DNA of 64,000 bases from a virus, in the IMG/VR virus record IMGVR_UViG_3300030390_002408, one strand, 5' to 3'. The position numbers and the translations under genes were made by a program. Below are positions 27,578-36,616 of this stretch, one piece after another; positions within the stretch are counted from its first letter, which is position 1, and the number at the start of each line of letters is the position of its first letter. Under the pieces are notes generated by a model, which worked only from the letters and a program-made list of their open reading frames with translations, was not told where the DNA came from and made no database searches.

Positions 27578-27850
27578 TTAAAATCTTGCGTTTAGTTGCA
27601 TACTAGGGTTTTTAAACCAAGGTAAACCTGATCTTTCTTTAACAGATTCTTTAAAATCTTCTTCACTATACTCTATACCATATAAGAAGTATTGTCTTTT
27701 TACTCTCCCACCGGAATGATCTCTAACTGCTGCTCTTTCCCAGTTATGAATTTTGTAACTAGTTTCTCCTTCGAATCTAATTAAATCCATTTCTTTACCA
27801 TCAACACTGATTGTTCGTGTTTCACAAAACATTTTTTTACTCTTAGCCAT
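27578..27850 (-). CDS. Hypothetical protein (HNWE..A...YFLYG motif)
   Basis: 90-aa ORF downstream of an early promoter. Confidence 0.6.
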   Translation of the reverse strand: MAKSKKMFCETRTISVDGKEMDLIRFEGETSYKIHNWERAAVRDHSGGRVKRQYFLYGIEYSEEDFKESVKERSGLPWFKNPSMQLNARF

Positions 27851-27876
27851 AACTTAAAATTTGGTTTTTATTTATT

Positions 27877-27908
27877 TAAATATACGAAAATTATTTTACT
27901 TCTCCAAG
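27877..27908 (-). promoter_or_regulatory. Bacteroidota-type early promoter
   Basis: CTTG-N20-TATATTTA. Confidence 0.6.
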
Positions 27909-29225
27909 TATATCTTCAGAAACATAAATTGCTTGTGCTCCTGATACTGTTATACCTCTTGCTGATAAAGCATCTCCTACAAAGTGTACATTAGGGTATT
28001 TATTTAAACTTAGATTATCATAGTTAACTAAAGGCTCAGGAGATAAGTACTTTACTTCTGGTATGTAGATCCCCCAATCATCTTCTAATGTTGGGAATAC
28101 TTTTTTCATATCATTAATAAAATCTTCTATATACTCATAGTATCCTTTGAATAATTCCCTAACTAAATTTAAATTATTTATCGGGTGTGATGATACATCA
28201 CCCCCCTCAGAGGTTAATGAAGGTGTACGTGAAGGGCTATAATATAAACCTGTATTGTTAGCTTGTAATTTGTTTACTAACTCTCTACTCCAAGTAAATG
28301 GCTCTTCTATACCTTGAACTTCCATTAGTATTCCAAAATTAGTCATATCATTTCGATATGCTTCGTCTTTTTTGGCGTGTCCATTGTAAGTATGGTCACC
28401 ATATGTTTCTTCTACTGCAACATAGGCTGCATTATTGTTAGTGCAAAATGAACGAAGAGAGACACCTTTATCCTCAAATTTTCTATAAAGTTTAAAATCA
28501 TATGATACATCTATTAGTTTTTGAAAGTGTTTTTGTGGGGCTTCGAATCGAACTCCTATTTGTACTGGTTTTGCTTCTGTGGGTAAGTCATATTGTTCTG
28601 CTAATTTTTTACCAAAGTCAATTCCTGATTTACCTACACCAAAAATAAGTTTATCTCCTGTGGTCATATAATGTTCTTTTTCACCACCTCCTCTATTTTT
28701 AAATCCTTCAAGTAATATATAACCATGAGGATTATCAAAATCTATATTAGTTACTTTAGTTTTCCATTCAAAATTAACTCCTTTCTCAACTAAATAATCA
28801 TACCAATTTTTACCTATTTCATGTAAATAATCTGTTCCAACATGCCAAACAGGAAATAATCTTAAACCAAAGTAAGGTTTAATAAAATCAGGCTCTTCAA
28901 TTGGGTTTGAACATTGTACTTCTTCAGGTTTAGGATGGAAACGTTTAAAGTTATTTATAACTTGATCCATTAACTCCATTGCTTTTTCTTCACCACAATA
29001 TTTGGATAATTGACCCCCAATTGAAGTATGATAAGTTAATTTACCATCACTCCAACCTCCTGCTCCTAGGAATCCTGTCATTACTTCTTCAGGTTTTCTT
29101 TCATATGGGGATTTTCCCATATCTATTATAGTTATCAAATTACCAGGATAACCATTATCTACTAATTTTGTAGCAGCATTTACACCTGCTACACCTGCTC
29201 CTACAATTACTATTTTATCTGTCAT
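27891..29225 (-). CDS. FAD-dependent oxidoreductase (COG2509-like)
   Basis: IVGAGVAG, GAGGWSDGKL, GVRFE, RSFCTN, NGH, PEVKY and VGDA motifs. Confidence 0.85.
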   Translation of the reverse strand: MTDKIVIVGAGVAGVNAATKLVDNGYPGNLITIIDMGKSPYERKPEEVMTGFLGAGGWSDGKLTYHTSIGGQLSKYCGEEKAMELMDQVINNFKRFHPKPEEVQCSNPIEEPDFIKPYFGLRLFPVWHVGTDYLHEIGKNWYDYLVEKGVNFEWKTKVTNIDFDNPHGYILLEGFKNRGGGEKEHYMTTGDKLIFGVGKSGIDFGKKLAEQYDLPTEAKPVQIGVRFEAPQKHFQKLIDVSYDFKLYRKFEDKGVSLRSFCTNNNAAYVAVEETYGDHTYNGHAKKDEAYRNDMTNFGILMEVQGIEEPFTWSRELVNKLQANNTGLYYSPSRTPSLTSEGGDVSSHPINNLNLVRELFKGYYEYIEDFINDMKKVFPTLEDDWGIYIPEVKYLSPEPLVNYDNLSLNKYPNVHFVGDALSARGITVSGAQAIYVSEDILGEVK

Positions 29226-29247
29226 ATTATTTGTTATAACTTATTAT

Positions 29248-29279
29248 TGAATATACGAATAAAAAGTGACGTCTCCAAA
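29248..29279 (-). promoter_or_regulatory. Bacteroidota-type early promoter
   Basis: TTTG-N20-TATATTCA; the -33 element lies inside the terminator hairpin. Confidence 0.6.
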
Positions 29280-29290
29280 GGAGACGCCAC
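29261..29290 (-). terminator. Rho-independent terminator
   Basis: GUGGCGUCUCC-UUU-GGAGACGUCAC followed by U5. Confidence 0.85.
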
Positions 29291-29351
29291 AGATATCTAA
29301 TTTATTTTTGTATTTTCACTCGGCTATGAATCGAGTTGGATGTATTAATTA

Positions 29352-30332
29352 TTAATATGGTCTAACAGCAGTCACGTTTGTAATAATTTCTCCAGATTTT
29401 TTATCTTTTACTTTATATGTTTCATCATAGGAACTATCAATATCTAAATAATCACCTACCTCCCATTCATCATATGGAGTATCATATTTTCTAGAATCTA
29501 AAGTATATTTAACTTCTTCATTATCCAATTGAATAAATCCTGGTTTTCCAAATCGTTGTTCACCTTCGTCATCACCATAGCCTTTTCTTCTTCTATTATA
29601 ATATTCTTTTACTTTAATTTTTTTTTTACCTTCTTTAAGTTTAGTAGATGCCGATTTAAGAGCTTTATCAAATTTACTTTCATCCATATTACGAAGAACT
29701 CTTTGGTTTTGAGCATTATAATCTTTACCTTTTACAAATTCAATATCTTTTACATCAAATTCCTCTTCATCTTGACTTCTTGAGGAGTATCTATTGAATT
29801 TATCATAACGAGAAGGGTAATTAGGTTCATCATACTCATCATCCATTCTACGACCAGGTCCATGTCTACCTTCTTCTAAATTAGGGTCAAAATCAGGATC
29901 CATAAAATCAGGTTCAGTATTTTCTTCTTCCCACTGTTCTATTTTTTCACTTCTTAATTTATTAATTCCTTCGATGATGCTATCAATAAATTTGTTAATA
30001 TCTTCTTTACTTTCAAATTCAGTATACATCATATCATCAGCAATCTGATCAATAAGATAACCTGCATTTTGGTCTACAATATAATCATCAGGATTTTCTT
30101 TTAAAGAAGCTTTTCTTTCATCCCCAAAAACTAGTTCGTTAAATTCTTCTTTGGACATTTTACCACTGAAATAATCTCTTTCAGCTTGTTCCATTTCAGC
30201 TTTTTTCTGTGCTCTCTTATCTATTTCTGATCCTGATCTTGGAGGCATTCCAGCAGCCATTTCTTCAGCTTCTCTATCTTCTTTTATTAGTTTGCCTTCT
30301 TTAAGGTATTTTTTGAAATTGAATTCGCCCAT
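29352..30332 (-). CDS. Putative internal head protein (modular, acidic)
   Basis: Leader MGEFNFKKYLKEGKLIKE; modules bounded by LKE/LEE/VKE; late motif at 30355-30364. Confidence 0.6.
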   Translation of the reverse strand: MGEFNFKKYLKEGKLIKEDREAEEMAAGMPPRSGSEIDKRAQKKAEMEQAERDYFSGKMSKEEFNELVFGDERKASLKENPDDYIVDQNAGYLIDQIADDMMYTEFESKEDINKFIDSIIEGINKLRSEKIEQWEEENTEPDFMDPDFDPNLEEGRHGPGRRMDDEYDEPNYPSRYDKFNRYSSRSQDEEEFDVKDIEFVKGKDYNAQNQRVLRNMDESKFDKALKSASTKLKEGKKKIKVKEYYNRRRKGYGDDEGEQRFGKPGFIQLDNEEVKYTLDSRKYDTPYDEWEVGDYLDIDSSYDETYKVKDKKSGEIITNVTAVRPY

Positions 30333-30381
30333 TTTTAATTTAGTTTAATTTTTGTTATAAATATATTATTTTTTTTCTTAG

Positions 30382-30450
30382 TTAACAATCACAACATGAA
30401 CAATCACATGATGACTTACATTTACATTCTTTACAGTTACAATCTTTCAT
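30382..30450 (-). CDS. Metallothionein-like micropeptide (22 aa, 9 Cys)
   Basis: MKDCNCKECKCKSSCDCSCCDC*; A-rich leader AAATAAATAAAAATG; sits in an intergenic gap without overlapping neighbours. Confidence 0.65.
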   Translation of the reverse strand: MKDCNCKECKCKSSCDCSCCDC

Positions 30451-30468
30451 TTTTATTTATTTTTATTT

Positions 30469-30900
30469 TTAATTTTCCTGTGATGCAAGAATATTACCAA
30501 CATCCTTAATAAAATCATCAATGAAAAAATCCATAAATCCAACATCCCATCCAAAATTATCAACTTCTATGTAATCATCTTTCATTTCAGATGTTAAGGC
30601 AAATTTCCAATAAAAGAATTTGTTTGCGATTTTTTTAGTTAACTTAATTATAGATAAATTCACTTTATAATCATAAACATTATTGTATCCACCATCATAT
30701 ATAATTTCAAATCTATTTTTATCAATACGTTTAACATTGAAGTCTTTGTCTTTATTTAGTGATAATAATAAATCAACAACATCTTCTTTGTTATCAGTAA
30801 ATGGGATATTATATGAACTATCTTCATCTTTTCCTTCGTTTAAAAATTCTTTTAATAGCTTACCTTCAGCTAAATACTTTTTTAAATTAAAATCTCCCAT
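30469..30900 (-). CDS. Putative internal head protein
   Basis: Leader MGDFNLKKYLAEGKLLKEFLNE, paralogous to the leader of 29352..30332. Confidence 0.6.
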   Translation of the reverse strand: MGDFNLKKYLAEGKLLKEFLNEGKDEDSSYNIPFTDNKEDVVDLLLSLNKDKDFNVKRIDKNRFEIIYDGGYNNVYDYKVNLSIIKLTKKIANKFFYWKFALTSEMKDDYIEVDNFGWDVGFMDFFIDDFIKDVGNILASQEN

Positions 30901-31156
30901 TTTTATTTATTTTTATTTTTAATTTTCCTGTTCCTTTAATAACTCTATGCCATTCATGCTTTGCGATAAATATACAACCCTCTATTGGGGAAGGCAAGCA
31001 GTTGTCCAATTGTAGTTTCCAGTCTGTTTCGCCTATTACTTCAATTATTCTTTCCTCATTATCACGATGCCATAGTAAGTGAATAGGATCTATATCATCT
31101 CCAAATTCACGAATAGTAAAATTATCTTTAGATTCTATGTCAGTGTAAGGTTTCAT
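30887..31156 (-). CDS. Small cupin-fold protein
   Basis: WHRD...E and HEWHRV His-rich cupin-like motifs. Confidence 0.6.
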   Translation of the reverse strand: MKPYTDIESKDNFTIREFGDDIDPIHLLWHRDNEERIIEVIGETDWKLQLDNCLPSPIEGCIFIAKHEWHRVIKGTGKLKIKINKNGRF

Positions 31157-31635
31157 TTTGTTTTACCCCATTTTTTACCTTTACCTTTATCTTTACATTT
31201 TGAAGGTGTAGGTCTACATGATGGATATTTTGCTCTTTTTTCTCCTTCTTTTCTACCACAGGCTTTATATTTCATTTTGCCTGTTTTTTTATCTTTTCTT
31301 CCAGTATTACAATCTACCCATCCTCCTTCTTTACCTTTAGGACCTGAGCGTTTAAACCATTTATGTAAAGATTCTTCAATATCCTTGTAGATTTGTTCTT
31401 TTTTTAAATCTTTAAGTTTTGAGTATCCTGAACCATAAGGAGCAGCTTTACCTGATTGAGGATTATTTGTTTCTTTTAAACCTTTCCAAATAGATCCTTT
31501 TCTACATCTAACTACAGCACCTGATTTGTAAGCTGAAGGTTTATCAAATTTACGATCAGCAATACGAAGACATCTGTCTCGCTTTTTTTTCTTCTCTGTA
31601 AGTATTTCTTTTACTATTTTCTTTATTCTATCCAT
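31153..31635 (-). CDS. Lys-rich, Cys-containing putative head protein
   Basis: Leader IKKIVKEILTE; modules DRC...PSAYKSGAVVRCRK and LHKWF...WVDC...ACGR...YPSCRP. Confidence 0.55.
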   Translation of the reverse strand: MDRIKKIVKEILTEKKKKRDRCLRIADRKFDKPSAYKSGAVVRCRKGSIWKGLKETNNPQSGKAAPYGSGYSKLKDLKKEQIYKDIEESLHKWFKRSGPKGKEGGWVDCNTGRKDKKTGKMKYKACGRKEGEKRAKYPSCRPTPSKCKDKGKGKKWGKTK

Positions 31636-31636
31636 T

Positions 31637-32374
31637 TTACCAAAATCCTGAGAATGATGATTTTAAACCTAATAATTTAGCATATCTTGGTAGTCTACAA
31701 GACCAATATCCTGCTTTTGTTCTATCTTTCTTTTGAGAGCATTTATGGCGAGCAGCAAAAGCTGTTCTTGCTTTTTTATCATTGATTTTAGCTCTTAAGC
31801 CTCCAGACCCAAATCTAACTGTTTTTACTTTTTTAGTTTTAGGATCTTTTACATAAACCTTATATGCTTTACCTCCTGATGAGTCACGCATTGGTTTTCC
31901 AATTGGTTTATTTGCATTTTTACCTTTTTTCTTTTTCTTTTTAGCTTCATTTAAAGACATATTATCTATTTCATCGCGAACCCATTCTTTTTCACCGGGT
32001 CCTAATTGATCATAATCCATACCAAATTCTGATTGGGCTATTTCATCATAATCCATTTCATTTAATTGAATAGGAAAATCTAATGGAACTTTTTTACCTT
32101 CAAACATACCAAAATGGCCTAAGTCAGTTTCAGTTAACATTTCTAAATCATCACCTACTACATCAATAATTCCCCTAGAGTATAAAGATCTTGCTTCAGC
32201 TATTAAATTAAAGTAAGATTCAGAACCCGCACGGTATAAATGGTCTGTTAGCGGCCTATCATTGTCTATATGGTATTTTAAACCCTCAGACAATATCTCC
32301 TTCGGAGCTACGTTTTCATTGAGTACTAACAAAGTACTTTTAGTTTTACAAGTATTACATCCGCAATTACACAT
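31637..32374 (-). CDS. Modular putative head protein with basic C-terminal domain
   Basis: MCNCGCNTC N-terminus; three LNE boundaries; C-terminal YKVYVK..VRFG..ARTAFAARHKC..AGYWSC; late motif at 32389-32398. Confidence 0.55.
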   Translation of the reverse strand: MCNCGCNTCKTKSTLLVLNENVAPKEILSEGLKYHIDNDRPLTDHLYRAGSESYFNLIAEARSLYSRGIIDVVGDDLEMLTETDLGHFGMFEGKKVPLDFPIQLNEMDYDEIAQSEFGMDYDQLGPGEKEWVRDEIDNMSLNEAKKKKKKGKNANKPIGKPMRDSSGGKAYKVYVKDPKTKKVKTVRFGSGGLRAKINDKKARTAFAARHKCSQKKDRTKAGYWSCRLPRYAKLLGLKSSFSGFW

Positions 32375-32397
32375 ATTATTTTAATTTATTATAAATA

Positions 32398-33960
32398 TTA
32401 TACAATTGATATTTGATTTCCCCCTGATGTTCTAAATCTGTGAGAATATTTTTTAGTATCTGTAATTTCTCCTCCTTGTACTGTATTTATATCAGTTTTT
32501 AATTGGAACCCTCCAGCTTTGGAACTATTTATAATTTCAGGATCACTATTATGGGATGTAGTTGAACCTGCAGGAAATATAGTTGGGTCACTTGAAGGTG
32601 AACCATCATTGTTTCCTTTTAATTTAAAAAAAGTAGGATTAACTCCTGATAGAGATAAGCCGTAGCTTACTAAATCTAAAATTGCATCCCTAGAATTATT
32701 TCTTTTACTATTATCTAGTAAAAAATTCATTAATTTAAAAGAACCATATGTTGCTATTAACTGTTTTAAATCTTCAGGTAATTTATTCCAACCATCTCCA
32801 GATAATTTAATATCTTCCCCTTGAACTTTATTTAAGAATTTATCTTGTTGGATTTGAGTATTTTCTTTTGCTGTTTCTATACTCCACCCAAGTTCATCTT
32901 TAGTTAAGTTATATTCTTGGTCTCTTAATTTACCATCATCCCCTTTAAAATTTGCAAAGTATGATTTTGCTCTTCCAGGTTGGGATGATGATTCTTTAAG
33001 TGAAATTGAAACTAAGTCATTATCTTTACCTCCCCAATTATTTACAAATAAGCCATTTAACCCTTCTAAAGTATCTGGGATTTGGGGTGGATTTTTAATT
33101 TTAATGTAAATATCCCCAGGATTCCATTTATCTGCGGGAATTTTACATATTTGTTGACCCATTGCTCTAATTTCATTAAAGACACCATCTCGGATAAATT
33201 CTTCCCCAGGGTAATCTTGATTAACTTTTGAAGCAATAGAATAAGGATTATTAAAATTTTTAAATTTATTTACTGGGAATTTTTCTAGGTCTGAATTATT
33301 CAGGATTTTAAGTAAAGATTTAATAGCTCCTAATGCTTTACCATCTATACCTTTAAATAAAGATGAGTTATCAATAGAATCATTTAAAATATCTACATTA
33401 GATGAGATAGTTTCTTGATTAAAGGGTTGTAAATTTTTTCCACTATTTAAAATATTATACATTAGAATTACTAATCCTTCTTTTTGATCAGTATCTGTAT
33501 CGAATGGGCTTGAACCTAAACCTTTTATGTTTATTTTATATTTAACACCATCAATAGTAACATTAAATGCAGGGCCTATATCTTCATTACTAAAATTATT
33601 ATCACTTATAATATATTTTTTAGGTAAGTTTTGAGTGATTTTTTTACCAATTTCCCTTCTTTCTTTTCTATCTCTATCACCTACTCCCTTAACATAAAAA
33701 GAATAATTTTTCCCTCCACCTGTTTTTACAGTAGTAACATTATCTAAACCTGATATTGATTGGATATCTTGTTTTAATTGTATAATATTATCTGGTAAGT
33801 TAGGGGAATCTTCTTCTGATACTTCATTTAAATCTATAGGAAATCCTATTTCACTTAATATAGACTCTAACAATAAAACATCCTGATCATTATTCATGTC
33901 AGGATATCCTTTAGGAAATTTATATGCTATTTTATTTAAATATTTTGTAATACTATCCAT
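32398..33960 (-). CDS. PD-(D/E)xK-like nuclease with N-terminal leader module
   Basis: QKE, DKWNPGDIY and SISLKE motifs. Start placed at MDSITKYL (33960); leader FPKGYPD...LLLESILSE...LNE. Confidence 0.55.
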   Translation of the reverse strand: MDSITKYLNKIAYKFPKGYPDMNNDQDVLLLESILSEIGFPIDLNEVSEEDSPNLPDNIIQLKQDIQSISGLDNVTTVKTGGGKNYSFYVKGVGDRDRKERREIGKKITQNLPKKYIISDNNFSNEDIGPAFNVTIDGVKYKINIKGLGSSPFDTDTDQKEGLVILMYNILNSGKNLQPFNQETISSNVDILNDSIDNSSLFKGIDGKALGAIKSLLKILNNSDLEKFPVNKFKNFNNPYSIASKVNQDYPGEEFIRDGVFNEIRAMGQQICKIPADKWNPGDIYIKIKNPPQIPDTLEGLNGLFVNNWGGKDNDLVSISLKESSSQPGRAKSYFANFKGDDGKLRDQEYNLTKDELGWSIETAKENTQIQQDKFLNKVQGEDIKLSGDGWNKLPEDLKQLIATYGSFKLMNFLLDNSKRNNSRDAILDLVSYGLSLSGVNPTFFKLKGNNDGSPSSDPTIFPAGSTTSHNSDPEIINSSKAGGFQLKTDINTVQGGEITDTKKYSHRFRTSGGNQISIV

Positions 33961-33961
33961 G

Positions 33962-34417
33962 TTAAGCTTCTGTTTCTGTTTCTTCACTACCCCCAATATC
34001 TTCAATATCTCCTCCTAAGTCATCATCTCCACCTTCCTCTTCTTCTTCAGTTGATTGGATACCGTATCTTAAGATTCGAGAAATTGCTTCAGCAGCATGT
34101 TGTTCTTCAGGTAAATTTAATAAGTAATATTTTTTACCTTCAACTTGAGCTATCCAACTTCTTTTATTGTAAATTAAATAGAAGTTTTGATCATTTTTTA
34201 AATTAATACGAAATGTAGTTGGTCTTGGAGCTACCCAATCTATAGATGCTAGGAAATTATCAAAGTCACTAGTTAGTAAGTCAACTAAAATTGCTTTTAA
34301 TTCTGGGAATTTGGTTAACTCATCGTATTCAATAGCAGCTGTTTCTGCTTTTTGTTTACTTTTGTAAATTTGAGGAATTAGTATCCTAATTTTTTCTCGT
34401 AATTCAGCAGCTGTCAT
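33962..34417 (-). CDS. Hypothetical protein with acidic tail
   Basis: 151 aa; MTAAELREKIR leader. Confidence 0.6.
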   Translation of the reverse strand: MTAAELREKIRILIPQIYKSKQKAETAAIEYDELTKFPELKAILVDLLTSDFDNFLASIDWVAPRPTTFRINLKNDQNFYLIYNKRSWIAQVEGKKYYLLNLPEEQHAAEAISRILRYGIQSTEEEEEGGDDDLGGDIEDIGGSEETETEA

Positions 34418-36441
34418 TATTTAGATTTTTTTAATGATTCCCCAAATTGTGATGATTGAGTTCCACCTTGAGGTTTAATTAAGTCATCAGCATAAGCTAT
34501 AAGTTGTTCTACTTTCCCAAATGCAGGTGTTGCTTTAAGTTCTCCACTTTCAATGTCAATCAATTTATATAAAGCTCTTCCAGGTTTACCCTTATAAGTT
34601 GGGGATACTTTTTCTAATTCAAATCTATACTCATTATATCTAGATGGATGTTCTTTGGGCCATTCTTCTACATCTTCATTTAATGCTTTTTTTTTCAAAT
34701 TTTTAACAATTTTTTCAGCTAATTGAGAGTATTTAGACTCACCAAAAGGTGATCTACCTTCTTTCTTTTTTCGTACTAAAGCATTCCAATTAGATAAATC
34801 ATACTCATCCCAAGCTTCAACTTCTACATTATTAAATGTTTTTTCTTGACCCATAACAGGTTTTGAAGCTAAATAATGCATTTCATTTTGAGTTTCTTCA
34901 AAAAATCTATCTACTTCTTCTTGGGAAGGTATTTGAGATTTTTCTTCACTTATTGCTTGATCATAAGTTAAAGGTTTACCTCTTAATTTAGATATTTTAG
35001 CATCAATTTTATTTAATTCTCTACCATACCTGTCTGAAATTGGCCCCCCTTCTGGTTCAGCTTCTTGCTCCATATCTCGCATTAATTGATTGCGTTTTCT
35101 TTCAAGTGATGATATTTGAGCATCATTATTTTTTCCTTTGTAGGCTTTTTGAACTGCTTTACCATACTCACTACCAAAATCTTTTTTCTTATCTTTAGCA
35201 GCTCTCATCTTCATTAAAATAGGATCATTATTGTCTATTTCACTTATTGCTCCTTCTTCACTAGCAACATCAACCATAGCATCAATTTCAGGCTCTTTTA
35301 ATTCGAAGTCTAAATAATGTTTAGCTGAAGTTATCATACTTTCAGATTTAATTATTTTTGACTGCCACCAATGTGGTAGATCAACTTCTCCTTGACCTTC
35401 AAATTTATCCATCATTTGATATAACTCCATAGCATATTTTCCAATTCTATATAAATTGGCTTTTAACATATGAGGTTCATCATCTTGATGTCCTAAATCT
35501 AAGTCTTCTTTTACATTTTGATATTTAGGGATTTTGTAACTGTTAGTTTTATAATTACTATCTGCTAAATAATACTCTACATAGTTTGATGGTATTTTTT
35601 TTCCTTCTTTATTAGTTGTGAAATCAAAATCATCAAGAGTTTTTAATTGTGTTTGATTTCCATCTTTCTCAACACCTAATATAATAGAATTATATTTATC
35701 ATCTTTTGTTCCATCTGCTTTATTTACAACACCTTTATCTGCTCTTTTACCTGTTGTAAATTGCTTCATGTCAGCTTTTGCCCTTCTTTTATTAACTAAA
35801 CTAATAGGGGGTGGAGTAAGTGTTTTATCTTCTTTTATTGAAGAATGTTCTTGGGATGCTAATAAGATAGTATCTAAATCTTTATTACTCATTAGTATTT
35901 CTCCCCCACTCAATAAATCAAAACTAAATTCTTTATTTAAACCTACTTTTAATGGTGAACCTTCTAATTCAAATGTGTTAAGATAGTTATCATCAACATT
36001 AGAGGAAGTAAATGTTCCATCATTGGAAAATCTATTAAGTATGGATACTATTGAATCTAGAAACTTTTCAGGGTTTTGGTTATATTCCATTTCCATAGTT
36101 TCTCTTTCAGAATACGAATCATCAACTTCAATTTCATCAATAATAGATTTTTCTATAGCAGCACCTCTCTTTTTTTCATAGTCTGAGAGTTTACCATCTT
36201 TGTTTAGGTCTGCTTTTTTAGGATTTTGTAAAGCAGTTTTTATCATCTCTCTTAATTTTGACTTAGGGTCCATATTTTCTAGTTGTTTTTTAGCTAAATT
36301 AGTAGCACGTCCATACATAACTTTCTCAGCATCCTTACCATAACGTTTAGTAAGTTCACGTTTATTTTTTTTCATATCCATGATGATATCTTCACGTTTA
36401 GATACTTCAGCTTTTGTAAGTTTACGTTCGTTTAACTTCAT
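34417..36441 (-). CDS. Modular putative internal head polyprotein
   Basis: 674 aa; modules bounded by LNE/IDE/IKE/VKE/ISE; EF-hand-like DLNKDGKLSDYE; GHQDDEPHM..LPHWWQSKI module. Confidence 0.55.
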   Translation of the reverse strand: MKLNERKLTKAEVSKREDIIMDMKKNKRELTKRYGKDAEKVMYGRATNLAKKQLENMDPKSKLREMIKTALQNPKKADLNKDGKLSDYEKKRGAAIEKSIIDEIEVDDSYSERETMEMEYNQNPEKFLDSIVSILNRFSNDGTFTSSNVDDNYLNTFELEGSPLKVGLNKEFSFDLLSGGEILMSNKDLDTILLASQEHSSIKEDKTLTPPPISLVNKRRAKADMKQFTTGKRADKGVVNKADGTKDDKYNSIILGVEKDGNQTQLKTLDDFDFTTNKEGKKIPSNYVEYYLADSNYKTNSYKIPKYQNVKEDLDLGHQDDEPHMLKANLYRIGKYAMELYQMMDKFEGQGEVDLPHWWQSKIIKSESMITSAKHYLDFELKEPEIDAMVDVASEEGAISEIDNNDPILMKMRAAKDKKKDFGSEYGKAVQKAYKGKNNDAQISSLERKRNQLMRDMEQEAEPEGGPISDRYGRELNKIDAKISKLRGKPLTYDQAISEEKSQIPSQEEVDRFFEETQNEMHYLASKPVMGQEKTFNNVEVEAWDEYDLSNWNALVRKKKEGRSPFGESKYSQLAEKIVKNLKKKALNEDVEEWPKEHPSRYNEYRFELEKVSPTYKGKPGRALYKLIDIESGELKATPAFGKVEQLIAYADDLIKPQGGTQSSQFGESLKKSK

Positions 36442-36443
36442 TA

Positions 36444-36611
36444 CTATTTACTTTCAGCTACTGATGCTTTTTTATAATCTGTAATTAGATTTTTAATAGC
36501 CATTGCTGCTTTACGAGCACGTTGTTGAGATGCTTTAGTTGTACCTACATGCTCTGCTGCTAAAGTATTGAAGTTTGCTTCAATAGCTTCAAATAATTCT
36601 TGTTTATTCAT
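36444..36611 (-). CDS. Histone H1-like Hc1-family small DNA-binding protein (55 aa)
   Basis: Not in the ORF track: MNKQELFEAIEANFNTLAAEHVGTTKASQQRARKAAMAIKNLITDYKKASVAESK, resembling the G-x-K-A...RARK...(Y/F)(K/R)KxS pattern of Bacteroidota Hc1. Confidence 0.7.
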   Translation of the reverse strand: MNKQELFEAIEANFNTLAAEHVGTTKASQQRARKAAMAIKNLITDYKKASVAESK

Positions 36612-36616
36612 AGTTT

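Noticed and set aside
33961-34005. Longer start for the 535-aa ORF
   Set aside because: Overlaps the upstream gene; the ATG at 33960 directly follows its stop
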